A stretch of DNA of 32,000 bases from Raphidiopsis brookii D9. GTDB taxonomy: Bacteria > Cyanobacteriota > Cyanobacteriia > Cyanobacteriales > Nostocaceae. Positions 18,642 to 29,938 of this stretch are shown one piece after another. Location: the NCBI GenBank assembly GCA_000175855.1, contig ACYB01000035.1:240001-272000 (forward strand). The letters run 5' to 3'. Positions within the stretch are counted from its first letter, which is position 1; each line of letters starts with the position of its first letter. The notes beneath the pieces were generated by a model. The model was given only the letters and a program-made list of their open reading frames with translations, made no database searches and had not been told where the DNA came from. A program made the translations under genes and the position numbers.

Positions 18642-18998
18642 TTTGCTACCTAAATTAATTTTCTGCTATTACTTACAGTATATGCAATTTTGTATAACCG
18701 AAAATTGCTGTAAATATCCGTTATGAACAGGATTTGATAACTGTTTAATTAGCAATTAAAAGTTTAAAACAACAATGGGACTTACGCAACTGGTAGAGGG
18801 CGATTATTATCTAGAGAGACTTGGCTTGTTAGTCAAGATACGTACAATTGCGATTCGTCTTTTTATTGCTACTACACTTATTTAGCTTATTTTTTTGGTC
18901 TACTTGTCTTGCTTTTTCACACAACTTCTGAGATAATCAAAATCTCGTGGTATCCACTAAAAATGCATTCCTCATAAATTAATCAATAATCGTCTAAG
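18642..18998. promoter_or_regulatory. Divergent intergenic region carrying promoters for sxtE-F-G... (-) and sxtA-B-C (+)
   Basis: 357-nt AT-rich non-coding gap between divergently oriented sxtE and sxtA. Specific elements not assigned. Confidence 0.6.
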
Positions 18999-21900
18999 AT
19001 GTTACAAAAGATTAATCGTTATACTCACGGCTTTGTGGCGGTTCCCGTTATTCTTGCGTGTCGAGAAAAAGGTGTTTTTGAATTACTCGCCGATGAAAGT
19101 CCTCTCTCTTTAAACCAAATGGTGGAACATCTGGGAGCTAACAGCGGACATTTTCAAGTTGCTTTGAGGATGCTCGAGTCTTTACATTGGCTTTCCCGAA
19201 ATAAGGAGCTTAAATACTCTCTAACCGCAGAAGCAGCGATTCACAACAAAATTTCGGAAGACATTCTTCAATTGTACAACCTACCAATTCAGTCTTATTT
19301 AGAAGGGAAACAAGGAAATTTGCTGGGAAGATGGATTGAGCGTTCTTGCCAATTGTGGAACCTGGACAATCCCCTAATGGCAGATTTTTTAGATGGATTA
19401 CTGGTCATCCCACTCCTGCTGGCACTGCACAAACACAACTTGCTTGCAGATTCGGAGGACAAACCTTTGCTCTCCTCATTAAGCTCAACAGTGCAAGAAG
19501 AGTTGGGTAAGTTATTTCTCCACCTTGGCTGGGCTGACCTTACAGCAGGTCGTTTGACCATAACCGAACTTGGTCGATTTATGGGAGAGCGAGCCTTGAA
19601 TACAGCCATAGTGGCGTCCTACACTCCTATGTTGTCCCGCATTCATGATGTATTGTTTGGCAATTGTCTCTCCGTATTCCAAAGAGATGCTTCCGGTCAC
19701 GAAAGGCACATTGATCGCACCCTTAACGTGATCGGGAGTGGATTTCAACACCAGAAATATTTTGCCGATTTAGAAGAAAGTATCCTCTCAGTATTCAATC
19801 AGTTGCCATTAGAAGAACAACCCAAATACATTACTGACATGGGGTGTGGCGATGGAACTCTCCTGAAACGAGTCTGGGAAACCATTCAATTTAAGTCTGC
19901 TAGGGGAAAAGCACTCGAACAGTATCCCCTGCGTCTTATAGGTGTAGATTATAACGAAGCTTCTTTAAAAGCTACCACACGCACCCTTGCTAGCCTTCCC
20001 CACTTAGTTTTACAGGGAGATATTGGGAACCCAGAACAAATGGTGCGTTCTTTAGAAGCTCATGGCATTCATGATCCCGAAAATATCCTGCACATCCGTT
20101 CGTTCCTCGACCATGATCGTCTCTTTATTCCTCCTCAGAAAAGAAACGAATTGAAAGAACGTGCTCACTTACCTTACCAATCAGTCTGTGTCGATGATCA
20201 AGGAGAGCTTATTCCTCCTCATGTTATGGTGCAAAGTTTGGTGGAACACTTAGAAAGATGGTCTCAAGTGGTCAATAAACACGGTTTAATGATTTTGGAG
20301 GTCCATTGTTTCGAACCAAGGGTAGTCTATCAGTTTTTAGACAAAAGCGAAAACTTACATTTCGATGCGTTTCAGGGATTTTCTCAGCAGTATCTTGTGG
20401 AAGCTGAGGTTTTTCTCATGTCTGCTGCACAAGTAGGTCTATTTCCAAAACTAGAGCTTTCTAAAAGATACCCAAAAACATTTCCTTTTACTCGCATTAC
20501 GCTTAATTACTTCGAGAAAAGACCTTACAAAATTAGTCATGCCTATTTGTCAGATTTACCTGCCTTAGTTGACTTGGAGGTCAAGTGTTGGCCAGAAAAT
20601 TTACGGGCATCTACTCATGAAATTCGGCGAAGACTTGAGCTAAACCCGCAAGGTAATTTAGTGCTGATTATAGAAGATCAAATTATTGGTGCGATTTATT
20701 CCCAAACAATTACCAGCACTGAGGCATTAGAGAATGTAAAATATGCGCAAGTGCCGACGTTACATACTCCCCAAGGGTCAGTTATTCAACTGCTCGCACT
20801 AAATATTCTACCTGAGTTTCAGGCGCGGGGGTTAGGAAATGAATTGCGGGACTTTATGCTTTACTACTGTACCCTGAAAGGCGGCATTGAGAGCGTGGTG
20901 GGTGTAACTCGCTGTCGAAATTATGTCAATTATTCCCAAATGCCGATGATGGAGTATTTAAAGCTACACAATGAGCAACGACAGCTTCTGGATCCAATTG
21001 TGGGTTTCCATGTGTCGGGAGGAGCCGAAATTAGGGGAATTATTGCTAATTATCGTCCGGAAGATACAGATAATCTCGGCATGGGTATTTTGATTGAATA
21101 TAACCTGCGCGACAGTGCTTTGCACTCGCCTGGTGATCGCAAAGGACCGTATATTAACTCAGCAATTGGTTCATTGGTACCAAAAGCAACATCTGCAACT
21201 AAGGAAAACAAAACTGTAGCGGATCTCGTTAAAGAATGCATCTTAAAAGTAATGGGTTCCCAACGTCAGGCAGCCTACGCTCCACAACAAAAACTGCTGG
21301 ATATGGGATTAGATTCTTTAGATTTATTAGAACTGCAAACGCTCCTAGAGGAACGTTTAGGGATCAATCTGTCTGGAACGTTCTTTTTACAAAAGAACAC
21401 TCCAACTGCCATCATCACTTATTTCCAAAACCAAGTGGTACAAGAGAAACAATCTGATCTAGCTCCACCTGTTGACTCAGCCAACGAAATCAACACTCTG
21501 GAAAACGTAGTTAACCAACAAAAAATTCCTCAAGTCACAAGAGTCGTCACAGAACAACAAGGTCGCAAGGTGCTAATTGACGGACATTGGGTGATAGACT
21601 TTGCTTCTTGCAACTATTTAGGTCTTGACTTGCATCCAAAAGTTAAGGAAGCAATTCCACCAGCTTTGGATAAATGGGGCACACATCCAAGCTGGACTCG
21701 GCTTGTTGCTTCCCCAGCAATTTATGAGGAATTGGAGGAAGAATTGTCCAAACTTTTAGGCGTACCTGATGTTTTAGTATTTCCAGCTGTAACACTGCTT
21801 CAGATAGGAATTTTACCACTATTAACTGGGAATAATGGTGTCATCTTTGGTGACATAGCTGCACATCGTTGTATTTATGAAGCGTGCTGTCTGGCTCAGC

Positions 21901-22736
21901 ACAAAGGAGCCCAGTTCATCCAATATCGACATAATGATTTGAACGATTTAGCCGAAAAACTAGCAAAATATCCGCCTGAACAAGTAAAGATTATTGTCAT
22001 TGATGGCGTGTATTCCATGTCGGCAGATTTTCCCGATCTGCCAGCTTACGTGCATCTGGCAAAAGAGTACAATGCCTTAATTTACATGGATGATGCTCAT
22101 GGTTTTGGCATTTTGGGCGAAAATCCCAGCAGCGATATGCCTTACGGTTACAAAGGAAACGGGATGGTGAATTATTTTGACCTGCGGTTTGCAGAGGATA
22201 ATATCATCTATGTAGCTGGTTTGTCCAAAGCCTATTCTTCTTACGCAGCATTCTTAACTTGTGGCGATCGCCGGATCAAAACCAACTTCCGCAACGCTTG
22301 GACTGCCATATTTTCTGGTCCTTCTCCTGTTGCGAGTTTGGCAAGTGCCTTAGCCGGATTACAGGTGAATCGTCAGGAGGGGGAGCAGTTAAGAAAACAA
22401 ATTTATCACCTAACTCACAAATTGGTTACACAAGCAAGAGCCATTGGATTCGAAGTGGATAACTATGGTTACGTTCCCATCGTAGGCGTGTTAGTGGGAG
22501 ATGCTCAACACATGATTGATGTGTGTCAACTCCTTTGGGAATATGGTATTTTAATTACTCCTGCTATTTTTCCAATCGTACCTTTAAATAAAAGTGCTTT
22601 AAGGTTTTCGATTACAGCCGCCAATACCGAAGAGGAGATAGACCAAGCAATTAAATCTCTCAAAGCAGTTTGGGATTTGCTACAAAAAAGGAAAGCTTTG
22701 CCTTGTAAGCAGGAGGAAAACATACTCAAGCATTAA
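18999..22736 (+). CDS. sxtA: SxtA, PKS-like starter enzyme: methyltransferase - GNAT - ACP - class II aminotransferase/AONS
   Basis: 1245 aa. Methyltransferase region VTDMGCGDGTLL-like (YITDMGCGDGTLLKRV), GNAT region about 20541-21110, ACP with LLDMGLDSLDLLELQ about 21210-21420, AONS domain about 21530-22736 with DDAHGFGILG and PLP lysine in YVAGLSKAYSSYAAF (K codon 22227-22229). Confidence 0.97.
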   Translation: MLQKINRYTHGFVAVPVILACREKGVFELLADESPLSLNQMVEHLGANSGHFQVALRMLESLHWLSRNKELKYSLTAEAAIHNKISEDILQLYNLPIQSYLEGKQGNLLGRWIERSCQLWNLDNPLMADFLDGLLVIPLLLALHKHNLLADSEDKPLLSSLSSTVQEELGKLFLHLGWADLTAGRLTITELGRFMGERALNTAIVASYTPMLSRIHDVLFGNCLSVFQRDASGHERHIDRTLNVIGSGFQHQKYFADLEESILSVFNQLPLEEQPKYITDMGCGDGTLLKRVWETIQFKSARGKALEQYPLRLIGVDYNEASLKATTRTLASLPHLVLQGDIGNPEQMVRSLEAHGIHDPENILHIRSFLDHDRLFIPPQKRNELKERAHLPYQSVCVDDQGELIPPHVMVQSLVEHLERWSQVVNKHGLMILEVHCFEPRVVYQFLDKSENLHFDAFQGFSQQYLVEAEVFLMSAAQVGLFPKLELSKRYPKTFPFTRITLNYFEKRPYKISHAYLSDLPALVDLEVKCWPENLRASTHEIRRRLELNPQGNLVLIIEDQIIGAIYSQTITSTEALENVKYAQVPTLHTPQGSVIQLLALNILPEFQARGLGNELRDFMLYYCTLKGGIESVVGVTRCRNYVNYSQMPMMEYLKLHNEQRQLLDPIVGFHVSGGAEIRGIIANYRPEDTDNLGMGILIEYNLRDSALHSPGDRKGPYINSAIGSLVPKATSATKENKTVADLVKECILKVMGSQRQAAYAPQQKLLDMGLDSLDLLELQTLLEERLGINLSGTFFLQKNTPTAIITYFQNQVVQEKQSDLAPPVDSANEINTLENVVNQQKIPQVTRVVTEQQGRKVLIDGHWVIDFASCNYLGLDLHPKVKEAIPPALDKWGTHPSWTRLVASPAIYEELEEELSKLLGVPDVLVFPAVTLLQIGILPLLTGNNGVIFGDIAAHRCIYEACCLAQHKGAQFIQYRHNDLNDLAEKLAKYPPEQVKIIVIDGVYSMSADFPDLPAYVHLAKEYNALIYMDDAHGFGILGENPSSDMPYGYKGNGMVNYFDLRFAEDNIIYVAGLSKAYSSYAAFLTCGDRRIKTNFRNAWTAIFSGPSPVASLASALAGLQVNRQEGEQLRKQIYHLTHKLVTQARAIGFEVDNYGYVPIVGVLVGDAQHMIDVCQLLWEYGILITPAIFPIVPLNKSALRFSITAANTEEEIDQAIKSLKAVWDLLQKRKALPCKQEENILKH

Positions 22737-22796
22737 GTGGGAAATTGATTCATAAAAACTAATATATCTTTATCTCTCTGTCCAAGAATAACCCAA

Positions 22797-23753
22797 ATGA
22801 CCCATGTAGCATTAGAACAGGCGATTGCCAAGGTTCCACGTTCCATTCAATCAGAGTTAAGGACAATTCTTGCCCAACATGCTGTAATTGACTCAAGTGT
22901 TGTCGCATCTTGGATTGATCGACTTGGTACTAATATTAGTACGTTAATGATTCAATTACTACCCGTAGCCGCAACTTATGCTAGGGTACCAATATCGCAG
23001 TTTTATGTAGGGGCGATCGCTCTTGGTAAACCACAATCTAAGAATCAACTGGGTTCTGGAACTCTTTATTTTGGTGCCGACATGGAATTTGTAGGACAGG
23101 CACTTAGTTTCTCAGTTCACGCAGAACAATCCGCCACCATAAATGCGTGGTTGCACGGAGAAACCGGTTTACAAGCATTAGCAATCCACGAAGCACCATG
23201 TGGATACTGCCGACAATTTTTATACGAGATGGCAACTGTAAATCAAAATTTTGTTCTTCTTGTGAAGTCTAATGAATCACAGCCTGAGCAAACTTATACC
23301 TCAAATAAACTCCCACATTTTCTACCCGAGCCATTTGGACCAGCGGATCTAGGACTCACAGGTGGATTAATGCAAACAGTATTTCATGATCTGGAGACCT
23401 ATTCTACCGATGATGTTGTGCTTGCTGCTCTATCCGCTGCCAATCAAAGTTATGCTCCCTACACGAAAAATTTTGCAGGGGTAGCGTTAAAAGATTCCCA
23501 CGGGAATATATTTACAGGTCGATACGCTGAAAACGCTGCCTTTAATTCATCCATGTCTCCGATGGAATCTGCTCTGACTTTCATGAATATGAATAGATAT
23601 TCTCAATCACTATTCGACATTTGTGATGCTGTTTTAGTTGAAGTGGAAACTGGGATTAGTCAAAGACCCGTCACTGAAGCCTTCCTTTCTTCTATCGCTC
23701 CCAAGGTCAAGTTAAGGTATGCCCCTGCAACTCCGTCAAGTAATAAGTTATGA
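22797..23753 (+). CDS. sxtB: Cytidine deaminase-like SxtB
   Basis: 318 aa; zinc-site type HEAPCGYCRQFLYEM; directly downstream of sxtA. Confidence 0.92.
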   Translation: MTHVALEQAIAKVPRSIQSELRTILAQHAVIDSSVVASWIDRLGTNISTLMIQLLPVAATYARVPISQFYVGAIALGKPQSKNQLGSGTLYFGADMEFVGQALSFSVHAEQSATINAWLHGETGLQALAIHEAPCGYCRQFLYEMATVNQNFVLLVKSNESQPEQTYTSNKLPHFLPEPFGPADLGLTGGLMQTVFHDLETYSTDDVVLAALSAANQSYAPYTKNFAGVALKDSHGNIFTGRYAENAAFNSSMSPMESALTFMNMNRYSQSLFDICDAVLVEVETGISQRPVTEAFLSSIAPKVKLRYAPATPSSNKL

Positions 23754-23782
23754 CTTACGCATTGATAAAAACAGAATAATTT

Positions 23783-24136
23783 ATGTTCCAGACCAAGAGT
23801 TATTACTCTGTGGTAGGATTAGAAACAGAATTGATTAAAGGAAAATTCTTTATGTCTAATGAATTGACAAACGAACAAGTATTTAAGCTGGTTTGTATGG
23901 AAGTCATTGAAAAAATGGGATTCGCACACTTTCCTCCCATCATTTTAGTCTATGAGATGACTAATTCCGGATTTGTAGATTGGTGCGAGCAGATGGTTTT
24001 TGTTGATGATAAAGGTAAGCTAGATGAAGGAGAAAAATTCTTATTAGACTGGATGAGACGGAACGTAGGAAACTTTGATCTGATACGTGAGTTAATGCCC
24101 GTTGCTGAACGTCTAGAAATGAAAATGAGGTCATAA
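23783..24136 (+). CDS. sxtC: SxtC, unknown function
   Basis: 117-aa ORF downstream of sxtB. An internal ATG at 23852 (MSNELTNEQVFKL) is an alternative start. Confidence 0.83.
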   Translation: MFQTKSYYSVVGLETELIKGKFFMSNELTNEQVFKLVCMEVIEKMGFAHFPPIILVYEMTNSGFVDWCEQMVFVDDKGKLDEGEKFLLDWMRRNVGNFDLIRELMPVAERLEMKMRS

Positions 24137-24510
24137 TTTTAGGTATTTAACTTCAAACTTGGATGGTTTCAATGCTACAGTAGGGCTACTCGCTTTTACT
24201 CGAATTGTTGCCCAGTAGGGTAGCTAGTGATCTTGGTGGCCATATCGATGGTCGTCAGGATACACTTTACCGCACCATGTTGCTGATGATCTAATTAACA
24301 GTGGTATTATGAGCGAATATCGTCCCATCTTAGGTAAGGGATATGGCAGAAAAAACAATAGCGAATTCGATACCGATCATAAACTATGGCTATTTGAATA
24401 ATGACAGAGTACAAGCCGCTTTATCCAAATCTCAACCCCAAAAAGAGGATATATTAAAGATGCGGGTAACCGCCATTTTTTCCGTCCATTCCACTTAGAA
24501 CCCAAGTCTA

Positions 24511-25269
24511 TTAAAAACCCAAAATTGTCTTCACCGTTACTGATTGATCATCCAATCTATTTTTAGATTTTTCTATATCAAAGTTTTCTGGAAACACATA
24601 GGTTCCAAATAATCGGTCGATGAAAGTAAACATAGAACTCAAATTTCTTCCCCCTGTATCAAGATGATGCAAAGTGTGAATACGGGGCGTAACATAAATC
24701 CATTCAATTATTCCTAACCAGGAGTTCCACTTTACATTGAGGTGTATCCAATTGTTATGAATCACTTGATGTACTGCCACTACAGACATAACCTCTGAGG
24801 GAATGTCCAGCAGTGGAAACCACAAAGCTGTAACAGTATATAAAAGTCCGCCGGTAAAGCTATCTTTGTTTCCACTCAGCCACCATGATTGCTTTGTTGA
24901 ATGATGCCATTTGTGCGTCAACCAAAGAAACTGATTACTATGCATTGTCCTGTGTAATAGATAGTCAGTTAAGTCCTGTAATATATATGCAGTGATGATC
25001 CTCAGCCAGAGGGGCACATACATTACTCCTGCAAAATTTGCTGACTCTCCCATAAATAGAGAACTCAATAGTTTTATAATTGCCACAGAAACATATGCAT
25101 AAACAATTCTAAAGACGAATGATATTCCCGCCCATCCCAATTCCTTGAAGAATTTAGCTTTGTATTCAATTTGATGCAAGGGAGAGCGAATTTCCCAAAG
25201 CCAGAAGGCTAAACCTGTAAGGAAAATTACAGTCCACTCTCTTAATAGTACTGATATTGTATCTATCAT
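24511..25269 (-). CDS. sxtD: Sterol desaturase / fatty acid hydroxylase-like SxtD
   Basis: Histidine clusters HRTMH, HKWHH, HNNWIH, HTLHH. The ORF track starts at 25311; an internal ATG (MIDTISVLLREW) gives 252 aa. Confidence 0.92.
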   Translation of the reverse strand: MIDTISVLLREWTVIFLTGLAFWLWEIRSPLHQIEYKAKFFKELGWAGISFVFRIVYAYVSVAIIKLLSSLFMGESANFAGVMYVPLWLRIITAYILQDLTDYLLHRTMHSNQFLWLTHKWHHSTKQSWWLSGNKDSFTGGLLYTVTALWFPLLDIPSEVMSVVAVHQVIHNNWIHLNVKWNSWLGIIEWIYVTPRIHTLHHLDTGGRNLSSMFTFIDRLFGTYVFPENFDIEKSKNRLDDQSVTVKTILGF

Positions 25270-25556
25270 TAGTAAATTTAATCCGTGCTGACTAGTTTTG
25301 TATATTATCACTATTTATGTACTTATCTTCTTAACTCCAATTATTTCTTTTTGTCTATTTCGGATGTGGTAATTCTCCGCACTCCAGCTGGAACAAGAGT
25401 TGCATTATCGTCCGTTGAAGTGGCTTTCAGACTCTATCCCTTAGGAAGAGCGATCGCTCTTCTGTTAAAGTATGATTCGGCATGATAGACTCTTTAAAGA
25501 ACTTCTAACCACGTTCTTTGTCGAGTTTATTGGGCTATTCTTTCCAGAAGTTCTCA

Positions 25557-25980
<424 letters not shown>

Positions 25981-26011
25981 AAATTTTAATATTTCCCCAC
26001 ATTCAATTAAG

Positions 26012-26097
26012 TGGTGGGCCGGGCTAGATTCGAACTAGCGTAGGCGCAAGCCAGCGGATTTACAGTCCGCCTCCATTAACCGCTCGGACACCGACCC
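26012..26097 (-). tRNA. tRNA-Tyr (GTA), class II, 3' CCA apparently encoded
   Basis: Acceptor GGGTCGG/CCGGCCC, anticodon arm GCGGA-CTGTAAA-TCCGC, long variable arm, T arm with TTCGAAT, followed by A-CCA. Confidence 0.95.
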
Positions 26098-26149
26098 TTC
26101 TTATTCCACTTTAACTAGGTTAGCAGCAATTTTTGATTTTGGCAAGGGG

Positions 26150-27436
26150 TTAGGAAAAATTTTTTTTCTGCACCGGGCGATCGCCTATCTCATCTATCTG
26201 GGAGTTTTGTTCTGGTGGAAAAAACTCCAGGTGATAGCGATAAACAGCTACCGGTTGGGAACCAGCATGGAAATAATCCGGATCCTGGGGAGATAGATAA
26301 ACCGCAGTAACTTGCTCCGCTTCTATCAGAGGATTTGCCGTTGACGAGGAATTGAAGGTGGTAAGTTTATTGTTAGGTAGGTGATGATAGTCAGTAATGG
26401 ACTCTACCATGTTAAAATACGGAACCGAACCTCCTTTAAAATACTGCTCAAACACTTCTGCGCTGATAAAGTGTTGGTCAGATCTCTCCGTAGCGCGAGC
26501 GGTAATCAAGGAGACTAATTGTTTCTCTCCATGAAAAAAGGTAACTTGACGATTAGGAGATTGAGGATCTGCTTTTACAGCCAAGATTGCTTTATCTCCC
26601 AAATATTCTTTGAGCAAGTTCCAGCTATTGAATACTCTATCAGCTACTAAAACCCGTGATTTTTCCTTTCTCCAAAAGTCATACTTAGAGTTTTCTGGTG
26701 TAACCTCAATAAATCTGACTAAAAAACTGATTGGCTGGTACAGTTGCTTGTGGTTATTCTCAAACCCAGGACTGATAATATCTGGTGCTAAAGGAGCTAC
26801 CAAATCCACCAGAGTACTCTTGACTTTCCAGGTTCCCTTCATCCAGTTAGGATAGATTAGATCCCCCTGAGCAGGTTTAACCGAAGTTAATTTTTGCCAA
26901 TGACCAAAATCAGCCAATCTCTCCGCCAGTTCTCCCGCTTTAGCCTCTCCCTGGTTGAATGAAAACAGCAGAACTAAACAAAAGATGAAAATAACACTCA
27001 GTAGTGGAATATTCCATGATTTCATGGCTATAAAACTCGTAACTGGTAAAGGTTCCCAAACTTCACCATATTGTTCCCTTAATTGTAGCCAGTTTTCTAC
27101 CTGACCCATTTCATATTCTCCGGGTTTACCCCACTGCAAAAATAAACTCAGCGCCACTTCTTTCTTGTCATCTAAAAATCTAATGGCATAAGTGGTAAAA
27201 TTACCCCTTTTTGCCTCTCCTGTCTCAAATTTTACCTCCACAATTTTATCCATATTTAAATGAAATTCAAAACCATCATTGTGCATATTGGCATATTTTC
27301 CTTTAGCCAAGGCCGCATAGAATAATTTTTCTATTTTACCCCTTGCTTCCAAAACAGCAGCACTGCTAGTAACAATTAGTCGTAAAGTTCCTAAATTTTC
27401 ACAAGCTGCCAAAAATTCCTTTAATGTTGTGTTCAT
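26150..27436 (-). CDS. Conserved hypothetical protein; N-terminal part may be heme-utilisation (HutX/ChuX)-like
   Basis: 428-aa ORF with one central TM segment (IPLLSVIFIFCLVLLFSF). Domain suggestion is weak, from pattern recall only. Confidence 0.7.
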   Translation of the reverse strand: MNTTLKEFLAACENLGTLRLIVTSSAAVLEARGKIEKLFYAALAKGKYANMHNDGFEFHLNMDKIVEVKFETGEAKRGNFTTYAIRFLDDKKEVALSLFLQWGKPGEYEMGQVENWLQLREQYGEVWEPLPVTSFIAMKSWNIPLLSVIFIFCLVLLFSFNQGEAKAGELAERLADFGHWQKLTSVKPAQGDLIYPNWMKGTWKVKSTLVDLVAPLAPDIISPGFENNHKQLYQPISFLVRFIEVTPENSKYDFWRKEKSRVLVADRVFNSWNLLKEYLGDKAILAVKADPQSPNRQVTFFHGEKQLVSLITARATERSDQHFISAEVFEQYFKGGSVPYFNMVESITDYHHLPNNKLTTFNSSSTANPLIEAEQVTAVYLSPQDPDYFHAGSQPVAVYRYHLEFFPPEQNSQIDEIGDRPVQKKNFS

Positions 27437-27471
27437 ATTCCGTAGTATTTGTATTTACTATTTAATTACCA

Positions 27472-28464
27472 TCAAAACTGGCGTAAGAACCTCAAGTCAC
27501 TGTTATACAAACGGCGGATATCATCAATTTGATGTAAAACCATGGCAAAACGCTCCACACCAAAACCCGCAGCAAAACCACTATAAATTTCTGGGTCGTA
27601 ACCTACGGATTTCAATACATTAGGATCAACCATGCCACAGCCCATCACTTCTAACCATCTACCATTCCATTCCAAATCTACTTCCGCCGAAGGCTCTGTA
27701 AAAGGGAAATAACTAGCTCTAAATCTTATGGGTAGATCTCCAAACATTGATTGTAAAAATACTTTTACGGTTCCTTTTAAATCTGTAAAGGTTAAACCTT
27801 CATCTACTGCTAAAAGTTCAATCTGATGAAATACCGCTGAATGGGTAGCATCCACATCATCTCTACGATAAACCCTCCCCGGAGCAACAATTCTCACCGG
27901 TGGTTCCTCCTTCTCCATATAGCGAATCTGTACCGAGGAGGTATGAGTTCTCAATAAATTTCCATCCGGTAAATAAAAGGTATCCTGCATATCTCGAGCT
28001 GGGTGGTCTGGAGGAGTATTCAGAGCTTCAAAGTTATAGTAGTCCGTCTCCATTTCAGTCCCTTGAGCTACAGTGTAACCCATACCCATAAATATGTCTA
28101 TGGCTTGGTCAATTATACCGTTTAAAGGATGAATCTTTCCCTGAGGTCGATATGTACCAGGCATAGTCACATCTAAAGTCTCTAACTCTAGTTGTCTCTC
28201 AATCTCTTGAGCTTCTAACTCCCTCCTTCTCAACTCCAGTCTTTCTTGGATGCTATCTTTAACCGTGTTGGCGATCGCACCGATTTTAGGACGTTCCTCG
28301 GCGCTCATATTTCCCATACTGCGTAAAAGCACCCCTAATTGTCCCTTTTTGCCCAAGTAATTAACTCGTAGCTCTTCCAGGCGTTCCCGAGTTTCAGTTT
28401 GGGCGATCGCCGTTTGTGCTTCCTCACGTAAAGCTAAAAGTTGATCTTCTAAAGTACTAGTCAT
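27472..28464 (-). CDS. pheS: Phenylalanyl-tRNA synthetase alpha subunit
   Basis: 330 aa; class II motifs [71 protein letters not shown]. Confidence 0.97.
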   Translation of the reverse strand: MTSTLEDQLLALREEAQTAIAQTETRERLEELRVNYLGKKGQLGVLLRSMGNMSAEERPKIGAIANTVKDSIQERLELRRRELEAQEIERQLELETLDVTMPGTYRPQGKIHPLNGIIDQAIDIFMGMGYTVAQGTEMETDYYNFEALNTPPDHPARDMQDTFYLPDGNLLRTHTSSVQIRYMEKEEPPVRIVAPGRVYRRDDVDATHSAVFHQIELLAVDEGLTFTDLKGTVKVFLQSMFGDLPIRFRASYFPFTEPSAEVDLEWNGRWLEVMGCGMVDPNVLKSVGYDPEIYSGFAAGFGVERFAMVLHQIDDIRRLYNSDLRFLRQF

Positions 28465-28611
28465 TGTTAATTAATCAGTAGTAAAAGGCAAAATATAATC
28501 TGCCAGCAATTGAAGTGGGAATTTGCCGCCCATATTCCAGAATAGCTTGACATGGTACTATGATATTCGAGCTCATAGATTAAAGTTGTGATAGTGAGTT
28601 TAATGCCTAAA

Positions 28612-29418
28612 ATGAGATTACTAGTTAGTAACGATGATGGCGTTTCCGCTTTGGGCATTCGTACTTTGGCTAACACTTTAGCTAGGGCAGGTCACGATGT
28701 GAGTGTAGTGTGTCCAGACCGAGAGCGCTCAGCAACGGGACATGGATTGACCCTACATCATCCCATTCGAGCGGAAATTGTGGAAGGGGTATTTGATGCC
28801 AATATACGAGCTTGGGCTTGTGATGGCACTCCCTCGGACTGTGTCAAGTTAGCACTCTGGGCATTATTGGATTCTCCTCCCGATTTAGTACTGTCTGGAA
28901 TTAATCAGGGTGCTAATTTAGGAACCGAAATCCTTTACTCAGGAACTGTTTCTGCGGCCATGGAGGGTATGATTGAAGGTATTCCCAGTATAGCGTTTAG
29001 CCTGACCAGTCACACTCACAAGGACTTTCAACCAGCTGCTCAATTTGCCCAACTGCTGGTTGACCATCTGGCCACAGCACCCCTAGCAGATTTAATGCTA
29101 CTCAACGTGAACATTCCTCCCGTTTCTTGGGAAGAAATTGCCGGTGTCACCTTAACCCGTCAAGGAGTACGTCGATATATTGATGTTTTTGATAAACGGG
29201 TAGACCCCCGTGGCAAAATTTATTACTGGTTAACAGGGGAAGTGTTAGAAGAAGTAGAGCCACCTGCGGGTTTAAACCTAATCAAAAACTTCCCCACAGA
29301 TGTAGAAGTCATCCGTCAAAACCTTATTAGTATTACTCCTTTACAGTATAATCTCACTTATGCTCAAGGTCTAGATAAGTTATCCATTCTGGATTTAAAG
29401 TTAACCAAGAGGAATTAA
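28612..29418 (+). CDS. surE: 5'/3'-nucleotidase SurE
   Basis: [56 protein letters not shown]. The ORF track starts at 28588; ATG at 28612 fits the family N-terminus. Confidence 0.95.
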   Translation: MRLLVSNDDGVSALGIRTLANTLARAGHDVSVVCPDRERSATGHGLTLHHPIRAEIVEGVFDANIRAWACDGTPSDCVKLALWALLDSPPDLVLSGINQGANLGTEILYSGTVSAAMEGMIEGIPSIAFSLTSHTHKDFQPAAQFAQLLVDHLATAPLADLMLLNVNIPPVSWEEIAGVTLTRQGVRRYIDVFDKRVDPRGKIYYWLTGEVLEEVEPPAGLNLIKNFPTDVEVIRQNLISITPLQYNLTYAQGLDKLSILDLKLTKRN

Positions 29419-29424
29419 TTAGTT

Positions 29425-29832
29425 ATGTCTACAAAAGATACAAAATTTATCATCGACAAAACGGACGAAGAATGGAAATCCATTTTGACACCGGAGCAGT
29501 TTCAGGTGCTAAGAAAACACGGCACAGAACCTTCCCATACTAGTCCTCTGGACAAGAACTATGAACCAGGTACCTATGTCTGTGCTGGTTGTGGACAACC
29601 ACTATTTACTTCTGACACCAAGTATAATAGTGGCACTGGTTGGCCCAGCTTTTTTCAACCCATAGAAGGAGCCATTTCCACAACCGTAGACCGATCCCTA
29701 TTCATGACCAGAACGGAGGTTCATTGTAGCAAATGTGGTGGACATTTGGGACACGTCTTCAATGATGGACCACAACCCACAGGTCTAAGATATTGTATGA
29801 ATGGTGTTTCTCTAAAGTTTGAACCTATTTAA
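29425..29832 (+). CDS. msrB: Peptide-methionine (R)-S-oxide reductase MsrB
   Basis: [37 protein letters not shown] motifs. Confidence 0.96.
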   Translation: MSTKDTKFIIDKTDEEWKSILTPEQFQVLRKHGTEPSHTSPLDKNYEPGTYVCAGCGQPLFTSDTKYNSGTGWPSFFQPIEGAISTTVDRSLFMTRTEVHCSKCGGHLGHVFNDGPQPTGLRYCMNGVSLKFEPI

Positions 29833-29938
29833 AAAGTGGTGGAAGACCGGATCCGAAAATCCGTTTCTATCTTCCACTAGGGTGGATATATGCAGATACT
29901 AGGTGTATATCCAACCATAGTTGAGGTTTTGATGCTTT

